NCBI GenBank assembly: GCA_054600435.1
Contig: BAAIJX010000004.1
Location: forward strand, 186,001 to 250,000
Direction of reading: 5' to 3'
Length of the DNA: 64,000 nucleotides
Source: Neophaeotheca triangularis
Lineage: Eukaryota
Under the pieces are notes generated by a model, which saw only the letters and a program-made list of their open reading frames with translations, was not told the origin of the DNA and searched no databases. Positions 1 through 10,721 of the stretch are shown here, one piece after another. Numbering within the stretch: position 1 is the stretch's first letter; the number at the start of each line of letters is the position of its first letter. The position numbers were made by a program, and so were the translations under genes.

Positions 1-1766
1 GTCTGCTCGGTCCCAACGGTTCCGGCAAGACCACCCTCATGCGCGCCATCAACAACGAGCAAGTCGAGGGTTTCCCCAAGCAGAGCGAGGTCAAGACTGT
101 CTACGTCGAGCACGACCTGGACGCCGCCGACACCGAATTCACTGTCCTTGGCTGGACCGTCATGAAGCTGAGGTCTGTCGGCATTGAGCTCCCCGAGAAG
201 GACGTCGAAACCCAGCTTATCGAGTTCGGTTTCGCTCCTGAGCAGCTCAACGGCCCCATCACCGCCCTCTCTGGTGGTTGGAAGATGAAGCTGGCGCTTG
301 CCCGTGCCGTCTTCGAGAAGCCCGATATTCTCCTCCTCGACGAGCCTACCAACCACTTGGATGTGAAGAACGTCAAGTGGCTCGAGGACTACCTTATCAA
401 CTCGCCTTGCACATCCATCATCATCTCCCACGACTCCCGCTTCTTGGACGACGTTATTCAGCACGTTATCCACTACGAGCGCTTCAAGCTGAAGCGTTAC
501 CGTGGTACCCTTTCCGAGTTCGTCAAGCGTGTCCCCTCCGCCAAGTCTTACTACGAGCTCGGTGCCGGCGACATGGAGTTCAAGTTCCCCGAGCCCGGTT
601 TCCTCGAGGGTGTCAAGACAAAGGCCAAGGCCATTGTTCGTGTCTCCAACATGACCTTCCAGTACGAGGGCACCAGCAAGCCGCAAGTCGAGGACATCAC
701 GTTCCAGTGCTCCCTCGGCTCGCGTATTGCCGTCATTGGTCCCAACGGTGCCGGCAAGTCTACGCTCATCAACGTGCTCACTGGTGAGCTGATCCCCACC
801 AAGGGTGACGTCTACCAGCACGAGAACATCCGTATCGCGTACATTAAGCAGCACGCTTTCGCCCACATTGACCACCATTTGGACAAGACTCCTTCCGAGT
901 ACATTCAATGGCGTTTCCAGACTGGTGAGGACCGTGAGACCATGGACCGCGCCAACAAGATCGTTACCGAGGACGACGAGAAGGCCATGGACAAGATCTA
1001 CCGCATCGAAGGCACTCAGCGTCGCGTCATCGGTATCCACTCGCGCAGAAAGTTCAAGAACTCCTACGAGTACGAGTGTTCGTTCGCTCTTGGTGACAAC
1101 GTCGGCATGAAGAACGAGAAGTGGACCCCCATGATGACTGCCGACAACGCCTGGATCCCCCGTTCCGAGATCATCCAGTCGCATCAAAAGATGGTTGCCG
1201 ATGTCGACCAAAAGGAGGCTCTTGCTTCCGGTCAATTCCGTCCCCTGGTCCGCAAGGAGATTGAGCAGCACTGCGCCAACTTCGGCATCGACACCGAGCT
1301 CGTCTCCCACTCCCGTATGCGTGGTCTCTCCGGTGGCCAGCGTGTCAAGGTTGTGCTCGCCGCCTGCTCGTGGCAACGCCCTCACTTGATCGTCCTCGAC
1401 GAGCCTACCAACTACCTCGACCGTGACTCGCTGGGCGCTCTCTCCAAGGCCCTCAAGGCTTTCGAGGGTGGTGTCATCATCATCACGCACAGCGCCGAGT
1501 TCACCAAGGACTTGACCGAGGAAGTGTGGGCCGTCATGGACGGCCGCATGACTCCCTCGGGCCACAACTGGGTCCAAGGTCAGGGTGCCGGTCCCCGTCT
1601 CGCCGCCGGCGAGGACGAGGAGGAGAAGTTCGACGCCATGGGCAACAAGATCGAGAGCACCAAGAAGCAGAAGAAGCTTACGTCGGCCGAGCTGCGCAAA
1701 AAGAAGAAGGACCGCATGGCCAGGCGCAAGCGTGGTGAGGAGGTCTTCTCCGACGAGGACGACTGA
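1..1766 (+). CDS. YEF3: Fungal translation elongation factor 3 (ABC-F type), 5'-truncated by the window edge
   Basis: Walker [10 protein letters not shown] at nt 9-35, LSGGWKMK signature, second ABC domain ([17 protein letters not shown]) with chromodomain-like insert, Lys-rich C-terminal tail; strong codon bias. Confidence 0.97.
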   Translation, partial: LLGPNGSGKTTLMRAINNEQVEGFPKQSEVKTVYVEHDLDAADTEFTVLGWTVMKLRSVGIELPEKDVETQLIEFGFAPEQLNGPITALSGGWKMKLALARAVFEKPDILLLDEPTNHLDVKNVKWLEDYLINSPCTSIIISHDSRFLDDVIQHVIHYERFKLKRYRGTLSEFVKRVPSAKSYYELGAGDMEFKFPEPGFLEGVKTKAKAIVRVSNMTFQYEGTSKPQVEDITFQCSLGSRIAVIGPNGAGKSTLINVLTGELIPTKGDVYQHENIRIAYIKQHAFAHIDHHLDKTPSEYIQWRFQTGEDRETMDRANKIVTEDDEKAMDKIYRIEGTQRRVIGIHSRRKFKNSYEYECSFALGDNVGMKNEKWTPMMTADNAWIPRSEIIQSHQKMVADVDQKEALASGQFRPLVRKEIEQHCANFGIDTELVSHSRMRGLSGGQRVKVVLAACSWQRPHLIVLDEPTNYLDRDSLGALSKALKAFEGGVIIITHSAEFTKDLTEEVWAVMDGRMTPSGHNWVQGQGAGPRLAAGEDEEEKFDAMGNKIESTKKQKKLTSAELRKKKKDRMARRKRGEEVFSDEDD

Positions 1767-2787
1767 GCGTATCGCCCCCACAACACAAAAGTACAATGAT
1801 GGAAGACTGGTCACGAGCGTTCGTAAACGGCATTTTTGGGCATAAGGCGTTTTTTGTGACATTAATCTGATAGCATTTAGATGATTCCCTTATTCTGATG
1901 AGAGGATTCTGCGAGTGGTGGCTTGTTTATCCACACTGCCTTCGACGATGTTCCGCGGGAGAGAGTGGATAGAGATAGATGCAGTCAAGTGCGTGGTTAC
2001 AATACTTGTTACTGTCTGCTAGTCTGCGAGTCTTACGTAGGGTATCGAAAACTTATGTGTTCTTCAAGTGTTTTCCACGAGAGAACTGATGTGGAGCGAA
2101 TAGAGTTCGTTTATCTTGGTTTCCCGGCGCCCGTTGGGATATCTTTTTATTTCGATTGCCCGGTGCAGGTTCCGTACCTGATGGATTCTCAGGCAGAAGC
2201 ATGGCTTAGGGTCAGAGTTTGTGTGTGTTTTATGGGAGGGTAGTACACTACACGAATTACGGACCCGACACTTAAGGGATATTATGTTTATAGAGACTTC
2301 CCTCGATGCGCTATCACGCCTTGCTGTTCAGTGTATGTGCCGACAAGGTTGCCTGGCATGAAACTCTGCATGCTGTTGCTGTCGGCTTGTTTGCTCCAAT
2401 TGCTGAATCCATTCCCAGCTCCGGCCACGAGGAAACAACGAAAGCATTGCAGTTCCTTCTGTCGGAAGAGGATTGTCTTGTCTTGTCGAGAAGCACGTGT
2501 AGTATTCAGCGTGAGGGTGGGTAAGTGATTATCAATCCTTGGTCCACGGCGACTATGACTTTGGTTGGGGCGAATGATCGTTGTAGTTGCCAGCAGGCGG
2601 AGGTAAGTTTACCGTTGTATATCATCGAGCTGTTGGCATACACTCTGGACTAGAGAGAAGCCGACGGGATCAATACCTTCGTCAAGAGCAAGTGGAGATA
2701 CCTAGCGACGGAGATGGTGGAATCATCGCGGCCCTTGGCAAGGTTTTGCATATACATGTTGGTTCCACCATCATCACTGCGAGCTTT

Positions 2788-3944
2788 TTACAACTTCGAA
2801 GCCGCGCCGTCCTTGGACACCTCGACCACCAACTTGCCAAACTGGCTTCCCGACTTCATGTCCTCCCACAACCCATCAATTTCTTTCAAATTCTCCAGAC
2901 CGCCGCCGACGACCCGCGAGATGACGGGGCGCAATTGCATGTCGCGTACAAACTGCACCATCTGCTCAAACTCCCGGCGAGAGCCCATGGTGCTGCCGCG
3001 CAAGTCAATGTTCTTGAGGACGGCGCCCATTTGGAAGGGCATCGTGGGGGAGGTCGTCATGCCGTAAGAGACGATGGTGCCGCCGGCCTAGGGACAAAAT
3101 GCATTAGTAACGACTTTTTAGACACGAATTCATCAGAACACGTCAAGCTCACCCTTAAGATCTTCGACCCTACAGCCACGATATCCCCACCCGCGCCATC
3201 AATAATCGCATCCAGCGACTTCCGCTCCTTCGGCAGCATCTCTACCAACTTCTTCTCCCACCCCTTCTCCTTATAACTCACCCCCCCTTTCGCACCCAAC
3301 TCCCTCGCCTTCCGAATCTTCTCCTCACTCCCACTAGTGACATACACATTACACTGACTGGCACTCGCAAACAACAAAGCCATCAACGCCACACCACCCC
3401 CAATCCCGGTAATCAAGATATTCCTACCAGGAACCGCATTCATACTCTTCGTCATCAACGCCCTCCAGGCCGTCAACCCCGTCAAAGGCAACGCGGCCGC
3501 CTCAACCGACGACAAGTGCTCCGGCGCCTCTTCCAACTCCTGCGCCTCAATGCACACGCTCTCCGCCAACGTCCCCAGCGGATTCATCTTCGTCCCTCCC
3601 AAGATCTTATACCCGGTCGGATCCTCGGGCCCTTCAAGGTCATCTTTCCACCCCGTGCCGGGATTGAGCACGACGCGTTTATGCAACCATTTCCGCGCTT
3701 CGGGCGACGAGCCGGTGGTTATGACGGTTCCGGCGCCGTCGGCGAGTAGCGGGACGCCGAAGGTTGTACCCGGGTAGAGGTGTTGGCGCAGGAAGAGGTC
3801 GCGGTGGTTGAGCGCTGCGGCGGAGATTTTTACCACGACTTCGGTTGGTTTGGGGTCGTGGGCTGGTTGGTCTATCGGGGAGAGGGGGTACCAGACTTGG
3901 CCGGGCTTGCCTTCGACTCGAGAAATGGCGATGGCTTTGGGCAT
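2788..3944 (-). CDS. Zinc-type alcohol dehydrogenase / quinone oxidoreductase (MDR superfamily), 2 exons
   Basis: AAALNHRD, ITGIGGGVA nucleotide-binding motif, C-terminal GSQFGKLVV. Intron 3088-3152 (GTGAGC...TACTAAT...CTAG) joins ...KILR to AGGTIVSYGMT in frame. Confidence 0.92.
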
Positions 3945-3979
3945 TGTATTGGTTTGGAATGATCGGGTGGTAAGGGGGG

Positions 3980-4028
3980 TTGATTGGTTGATTGGTTGAT
4001 TGATTGGTTGATTGATTGATTTGATTGG
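3980..4028. repeat. Imperfect (GATT/GGTT)n microsatellite just upstream of the MDR start codon
   Basis: gttgattggttgattggttgattgattggttgattgattgatttgattgg read directly. Confidence 0.85.
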
Positions 4029-4235
4029 AGAAGGATGAAGGGGGTTTGGAGAAGATGAGGGACAGGTTGGACCTACAACGGAACAGGGAGAGCTTACTAT
4101 ATGATGCTATGCTACCTCATGTAGAGGAGGAGTTGGAGATGTATTACGTCGGTTAAGGTACAAGTAGGACGGGATGCTTCTACCGAGGTCGGGTTGGTAG
4201 TAGTACTTACGGTTGAAGTTCGGTCAAAGGGCTGA

Positions 4236-4251
4236 CTTATCTTATCTTATC
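4236..4251 (-). promoter_or_regulatory. Three overlapping GATAAG (GATA-factor, AreA/Nit2-type) sites in the divergent MDR/Zn2Cys6 promoter
   Basis: cttatcttatcttatc on + strand is 3x GATAAG on the - strand. Function inferred only. Confidence 0.45.
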
Positions 4252-4644
4252 GCTGATCTTGACCTTTCAACCTCCCGTCCCTTTAAACATGTTTTGGGCA
4301 CATGTCGATATATTTCTAATCAATGGGAACAGATGAACTATTGGAAGAGTGCTCAGCTTGGTAGTCGTCCTCGGCGAGTTGCTCTAACGCGATATCCTCG
4401 TCGTAGACCGACCGTACGGTACGGTACAATAAAGTAAAGCGTCAACGGTTACACCAGACGGGACCAGAGCTTTTACCCGGCCCGTCTTGCCCGTTTAGCC
4501 CAAATCTCAACAACCGCCCGGTATCGACCTTTTATATATCATCCTCAGTCGAATCAATCAATCAAATCAAATCATTCGAGACAAGCCACCCGAAGAGGAG
4601 AGGTTCGCTGGCCAATTACTCCACGTCCAGTCAGTCTCAGTCAG

Positions 4645-6651
4645 ATGACCGGAGAGGAACAATCCAAAAGGTCGCGACCGTGCGACGCGTGCAGGCGTAG
4701 AAAAAGCAAATGTGTGACGGAAGAGGGCAGCAACTCTTGCGTCCTTTGCAAGTTTCATGATGCTGCCTGTACCTTTCTACATGCCGCTCAGCCGCGCAAG
4801 CGTCCAACAAGCAGCCCTGCTTTTGCAGAAGACTCGTCCGTGGCCAAGAAGCGACGTGAAGTCCGGAGCAGGCCTGGCCCCGGTCTTGAGATTGAAGAGT
4901 ACGACGATCTTCCCGGCTCCGTACCGACCTTGTTGAAGCGCACCCTGGGTTTGCAGAACCTCCATCATAGCCAGCTGATCGGACCCAATGATGTATTGCA
5001 CACCTACGGTCCGACAGGAACCACAAGCCAAGATGCCTCGGCGCAAGGAGGCGAAGCATCATCGTCCAAAGAGACTGTCCGATTTGTAAACCCATTGTAC
5101 GCTTTTCGCATCACGCCAGACGCCGCAACTGTGAACCTACAGGACGAACGAGCCCTTGTAGATGGAGTCGAAGCCACTGTTCAGGGGCATGGAAGAGCAT
5201 TGATTATGCTCTATTTCCGAATCGTGCACCCCAGCTTTCCCGTCCTGCACAAAGCTGTGTACCTGGAAAAGTACGCTCGCTCGCATCGAGAGTTCTCGCC
5301 GCCATTGCTCGCAGCGGTGTACTTACTTGCTTCTCGATATTGGAATTACTGCGAAGCGCTGTCAGAGCAGCGCAAACCGGACCTATCGGAGCTACAACGG
5401 CTAGCGTGCGCCTCGTTTCAGATGGCCAAGAAACGACCGAAGCTCTCAACTGTACAGGCCTGTTTGCTGTTTGCTCAATTCCACAACGCAGGAGGCCAGA
5501 ATTTCCACAGTAGACTGACTACAGATCTCGTGGATTTGACTTACAGGCTTGGTCTCCACCTAGACGCTTCGGACTGGGACATCCCAAGCTGGGAGATTAG
5601 TCTAAGGCGACGACTGGCATGGGCGGTTTTCATGCAAGATAAATGGATTGCGCTATTGGAGGGCCATCCGTCTCTGCTGACTTACGAAGATTGGGAAGTT
5701 CGAGGCCTCTGCGAAGAAGATTTCCCCGAGAGCGACGAGGACGATACCGAAGGCAGCTCCGAGGTCGAGAAAGGCCGTTTGGTCTTCACCAACATGGCCG
5801 TTTTGGCAGAGATTTTGTCCGAAATGCTCCTGAAGATATTCTCGGCACGTGCACGCCGCACGCTGGATGGCGCTTCCAACCCTTTCGCGGAGCTCCTCGA
5901 GCGGGTCAAGCCTTTGCAGGTTCGTCTGAAGAATTGGTACACCACACTACCGCCCGCCGTGAGGCTGGAATCTGCACCATCCATGAAGCTCTCACCGGTA
6001 GGCTACCTACGCCTGGCTTACCTGGCAGTAGAAGTCTGCCTCCATCGTCAAATTATAAAGGTGTTACCCCCCATGAATCAGGCAATGCCCGCCACGCCCA
6101 TCTACCGTTCGGCTGCTCGAGAACGCCTCGACAACGCAATAGACTTCATCCAACGCCTGCAAGCCCAGCACATCGCAAGTTTCTGGTTCTTCGCTTCCGC
6201 CAGAAGCTGCGCCTTGATCTACTCCTTCGGCCAAAGTCTAGAATCAACTTCCCACAACGACAAAGACCGCCTCTACTTTAGCAAAAAACTTCGCGAATTC
6301 AGATGGGCGCTCAAAGTCAACAGCGAAGCGGGTGCGTCTTTCGCAAAAACCGCTTTGGCGTTGATTGACAATTCCAACAAGGTTCTGGCTTACAATCCTA
6401 CGGCTTTCTCGACTACCACTAGTCCCGCCCAGAACTTTGGCATGAGCTTCTCCACCACCCCATCTGTTGCCAACGATGTCCCCAATATGTCGCAGGGCGG
6501 CGATTCCATGCTGGATCCTAACCTTTTTCAAGTCTCTTTTGACCTCAATACTTCGGAACCGGTGGCGTGGAATGAGGAGTCTGCTGGTGGTTTCATGTCT
6601 TGGTCTAGTTTCGATCCGAGCAGGGTTGGTATGAGCGATGGTATGGGTTGA
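4645..6651 (+). CDS. Zn(II)2Cys6 transcription factor with fungal-specific middle domain, Dal81/TamA-like
   Basis: RPCDACRRRKSKC-x8-CVLCKFHDAACTF binuclear cluster; YFRIVHPSFPVL, RPKLSTVQA, RRRLAWAVFMQDKW motifs; single 668-aa ORF. Confidence 0.9.
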   Translation: MTGEEQSKRSRPCDACRRRKSKCVTEEGSNSCVLCKFHDAACTFLHAAQPRKRPTSSPAFAEDSSVAKKRREVRSRPGPGLEIEEYDDLPGSVPTLLKRTLGLQNLHHSQLIGPNDVLHTYGPTGTTSQDASAQGGEASSSKETVRFVNPLYAFRITPDAATVNLQDERALVDGVEATVQGHGRALIMLYFRIVHPSFPVLHKAVYLEKYARSHREFSPPLLAAVYLLASRYWNYCEALSEQRKPDLSELQRLACASFQMAKKRPKLSTVQACLLFAQFHNAGGQNFHSRLTTDLVDLTYRLGLHLDASDWDIPSWEISLRRRLAWAVFMQDKWIALLEGHPSLLTYEDWEVRGLCEEDFPESDEDDTEGSSEVEKGRLVFTNMAVLAEILSEMLLKIFSARARRTLDGASNPFAELLERVKPLQVRLKNWYTTLPPAVRLESAPSMKLSPVGYLRLAYLAVEVCLHRQIIKVLPPMNQAMPATPIYRSAARERLDNAIDFIQRLQAQHIASFWFFASARSCALIYSFGQSLESTSHNDKDRLYFSKKLREFRWALKVNSEAGASFAKTALALIDNSNKVLAYNPTAFSTTTSPAQNFGMSFSTTPSVANDVPNMSQGGDSMLDPNLFQVSFDLNTSEPVAWNEESAGGFMSWSSFDPSRVGMSDGMG

Positions 6652-6783
6652 GTGCCGACAAGTGTCTCCATCCTCCGGTTCAGTCCGAAGATGATCACGG
6701 CCAAGAACAGTCCTGTCCTACGGCATACTACCGTGCTCCTCAGTCTTGGCACGTGCGACGTGACCACTCAACGGGACATTCAG

Positions 6784-7590
6784 CTACGTTGCTACAGACT
6801 TTACCGCTGCTTGTCCTGGTCTGAGCTCTTCTTCCGCCAATCTGCTCTTCGCCAACTTTCGGTGAACATAGTCGCCCGCCGGAACTGGCTCATATCCTGC
6901 CTTTCTCATCTGGAGATATGCAGGTGGGGAGGGGTTCCACCATGGCATCATAATTGACTACTCCGAAGAAGAAGGGAACCGAGTATACCGCTCCTCTACA
7001 GTGATGTTTTCAAAACCCTATGAACGGTCGAGATATAGACATCATTCGACCATCGCGCCAGCATGTCGCTTATGTTCACGACGAAGGTACCCGGTATCGG
7101 TGGAGCTTCTATCCATTCGCCTTCCATATTCAGGATCTGGAGGGCCGGCTGTGTCCCCCAGCAAAGGATCGTAAAGCCCTCGATTTCGGTATGTGCGCCG
7201 ATTCTAAGGGCGTCCGGTTGTGACGCATTCTGGGCCGGCTACTCCAGGAGCCGCAACATGGCACCAGGATACGTGACAATTGCGTCAAAGTGGTTCTCTG
7301 GCAGGCCCAGCACTTTTGCCATGAGCCTCACTATTCGTCGGGCTAGGGACAGCAACTCGCCGCAATACTGCGCGACGCCATGCTTGAAGCCTACTTGTGA
7401 TGGCCATACGTTAGGCTCGACCATGGGATCGCTTTTCTGGACTTGGTAATGAGGGATGTCAGGCAAGCATTCTCTGCGATCAATCAACGGGACCATTACT
7501 CACTCTCCGCCGGCGTGTCGGGATTTCTCTCCGGGTCAAGTGAGGGTTCATAGCCGCAATTGAAGGCCTCATTGAGATCGGGCTTCCTCT
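6784..7590 (-). pseudogene. 2-oxoglutarate/Fe(II) dioxygenase (IPNS-like family) pseudogene, 5' end missing
   Basis: Minus strand reads KPDLNEAFNCGYE-[intron]-PNVWP...MLRLLE*PAQ...IGAHTEIEGFTIL...PPIPGTFVVNISDMLARWSND..STVHRV, then frameshifts near PFFFG and before YEPVPAGDY. In-frame TAG at 7239-7241; HxD iron ligand reads HTE. Confidence 0.85.
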
Positions 7591-7641
7591 TTCGTCGGTG
7601 TGGAACAATATGGATGGTCACTGATGGTTACCCTTTTCAAA

Positions 7642-8396
7642 GGCACGAATCTGTCCGCAAACGTGATAAGTGCTTCGTAAGTTCATCCGCTCTTGAAAGC
7701 CGATTCTGGGATTGGGCTGATTTATTCTAGCAACGATCTGGTAAATCTATGGCCGAAGTACACGTCCATTCGACGTGGTGTCGTACTCATCACAGTCACT
7801 GCAGGTTGGATCATGGCGCCTGAGAAGATGGTACATTCAGCGACAGTCTAATCACCTTTATGAACGGCCTCGCAATCTTCCTGGCGCCCATTGCCGCCCT
7901 ACTAGCCTGTGACTACTGGGTGGTCAAAAAGCGCAACATCGACGTTCCCAGCCTGTATCGCCGACACGCGCGATACAGGTACAACAAAGTCGGCAAATGG
8001 AGGGCTGTAGTCGCTTTCGTGGTGTCTGTCACGCCTAGTGTTCCAGGCCTGGCAAAGGCAGTCTCTTCGAGTGCCGAGATTAACGACGGCATCAGTCATC
8101 TGTAAGATTCCGCCACTTTGATTCCATTTCTACGCCCGCTGACTTTCCGATAGACACGGCATGAACTATTTGTGGGGGTTTTCTCCGCATTCTTCCTTTA
8201 CTGGCTGCTTTCATATTTCTTCCCGGCGAAGGAGGCACTTCTCGAGGCGAGCATTCACGACGACCCCGAAGTTATCGAAGGTGTGCAGTACGCCAATGAT
8301 GGCATTAAGCTAGAGCCCGTTGGAGGCGAGTCGTCTGGAATGACGTCTAGCCAGACTGAGAAGAAGACTGCTGAGGCGCATGTTGGAGGGAGCTGA
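7642..8396 (+). pseudogene. NCS1-family (uracil/allantoin, Fur4/Dal4-like) permease pseudogene, C-terminal part only
   Basis: GTNLSANVISAS-[intron ~7677-7730]-NDLVNLWPKYTSIRRG, frameshift ~7845, FMNGLAIFLAPIAALLACDYWVVKK, intron ~8102-8153, second frameshift at the G-run ~8175. No N-terminal coding region found. Confidence 0.85.
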
Positions 8397-8585
8397 TCAT
8401 GTATGTAACCTGAGGACGTGGCGGTATAGATATATAAGTAGGAGACTTTATGATGATTACCTAGCCGTGCTGGATGAGACGGCAGAGATGGGTACGGTAG
8501 CATGTATAAAGAAAGGTACGCTGTGAGTTTGTCCTGAGTTTATCCTCCGCAATTGCGACACCATCAAATGTCGATCCCAACGTCA

Positions 8586-8619
8586 CCAGCGTGCGTACCC
8601 GCCAGCGTGCGTACCCGCC
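8586..8619. repeat. Perfect 16-bp tandem duplication (CCAGCGTGCGTACCCG x2) upstream of the MRJP gene
   Basis: Read directly. Confidence 0.8.
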
Positions 8620-8743
8620 CCCAAAGCCGGGAGGAGTGACATGTCATGGCCGTCAAGATATATATATTGCTGTGATTCCGGTAGGAAGCTGCTTTAATTG
8701 AGGTCTTTCGCCTTCCTCGTCACTGTCATTAGCCCTCAGCAGG

Positions 8744-10157
8744 ATGCTACCTAAAACAATCACAGCTCTGCTGCTGGCACAAGGAGTATCATCGCAGGTA
8801 ACCTTTCAGAACAACTCTGGGACAAGGCTTCGGGTCGACAATGGTACTTATGGCCCGGAGATTGAAGAGGTTCATTACTGTAAGCACGCCGCAATCCCTT
8901 TTCATAGCTCGAGGAACACGGCTTAACACGTTGTGAAGATTACGACCAGTGGCCTATAGGCATTGCAGTCGCAAGCGACTCCCGTATATTCACAACCTAC
9001 ACTCGAGGCTCATACGACTATACCCTTGGCGTCGTGGTCAATGAAACAGCGGAAATGCCCTATCCCAATGCTGGGCTGAATCTTCCTCCCAGCCAGCTCA
9101 ACACGAGCTACAACGGCATACCCTTCGGCTCGGCGAACGCTTCAGGCCTCATCTCTGTGCAAGCCGTGTACATTACTCCAGAGCAAAAGAATGGCAGCAG
9201 GCCGGAGACACTCTGGGCCATCGACACAGGCCGACCCACGATCCACAACAGCCAAGGGGAGCCTTCGATGCCATATGCTCAACCAGGCGGCCCGAAACTG
9301 ATCGCCATCTCTCTCGCGAACAATTCCATTTACGAGACTTTTGTTTTCCCTAGCGACGTCCACTTCCCAGACTCCTACCTCAACGACTTGCGCTTCGATC
9401 TACGCGCCAATGTCAGCGGTACCAGCGGCAAAGGGATTGCGTATCTAGTCGACAGCAGCAATGAAGGCCGCCCAGGCTTCATCATGGTCGATCTCGGCAC
9501 CGGCGAGTCGTGGCGACGACTCACGCAGGACCGCTCGGTGCTGCGCGGCTTCAACGACGTCCCCTCCTACCAAGGCCAACCATTCTACTTTCGTCAGAGA
9601 GGTTCGCCGGTCGGATGGCAGCTGGAAGGACTAGACGGGATACAGCTGACGCCCGACGGCGAGCGCTTGTTCTACTCGCCTCTGTCGACGAATTACTTGT
9701 ACTCCATCCCCACCGCTAACCTGCGGGAGCGAGATTCCAATCCCCTGGCCGAGCTCCATGCCCATTCGAACGTCTCCTCGCACGGGCAGCGAGGCGGCGA
9801 TGCTAATGGTTTTGAGGGCGACTCCGATGGTAGAATCTACCAGCTCATGCCGGAGCACAATGCCATCTACTATTTTGACCAGAATGATGGTCAGACCCAC
9901 GGCTTTCTTAGGGATCCACGGATCATCTGGCCGGACGGCGCTAGTGTCGGCAACGATGGCTATATCTACATGAATGTAAGTTTGATTCTGACGGTCTTGT
10001 GTGTTGGTTTTGGACATGTTGCTGATGCCTTTGATAGATCAATCAGCTGCCTTATCAGCCGGATTGGAACAATGGGGTGGATACTCGAGAGTATCCGGGC
10101 GCTGTGTTGAGAGCCAAACTACCCGAGGGTGCTTCAAAGATAGTGACGCTGGGTTGA
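8744..10157 (+). CDS. Secreted major royal jelly protein / yellow family protein, 3 exons
   Basis: Signal-like N-terminus MLPKTITALLLAQGVSSQ; YDQWPIGIAV, ISVQAVY, LWAIDTGRP, YLNDLRFD, DGIQL, RIIWPD motifs; introns ~8880-8938 and ~9976-10037. Confidence 0.9.
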
Positions 10158-10721
10158 GGATTGATCTTTGTCCATGTCGCTTACTGCCACCTATGCCGAT
10201 GTTGGAGAGGGCAGGGTAGGGATGGTTTTGTGTGTGAAGAGCAACTCGGCCAATGAATGATCAATGCATGCGCCTCGGACCCGTCTGTATCATCATCATC
10301 AATTGTCTTGACACGATCGAATCATCGAATATCCTGTAAGACAAACAGGTAAATGTTTATGAAGTGTTGTTTGGCCCACGAAACGCCAGCAGAATTGCCG
10401 GACCATTCCATTTGTCTGACTAAAGTGATGAAACTTTGAAGCTCCCGGTATCCGCCCAAACTCTGCAACCCGCCGCGCTATCACTCTGATGGCGCGCGCC
10501 GACGGGCGGCGTAGGGACACTTTCGACACGACAACAACATGGGCGGGATAAGGTAGACGAAGTGCCCGGTACTGCACTGCAATGGCGGGGTCAGCTTTCA
10601 ACAGGATAGTCATTCTCGGTGTGGTATAAGTACATCCATCACCGTTTCTCTTCATCCATAAGCCATTCATCCCATCGATCGTTCGCTTCCGACATCACCA
10701 ACGATTTCATACAACAACACC

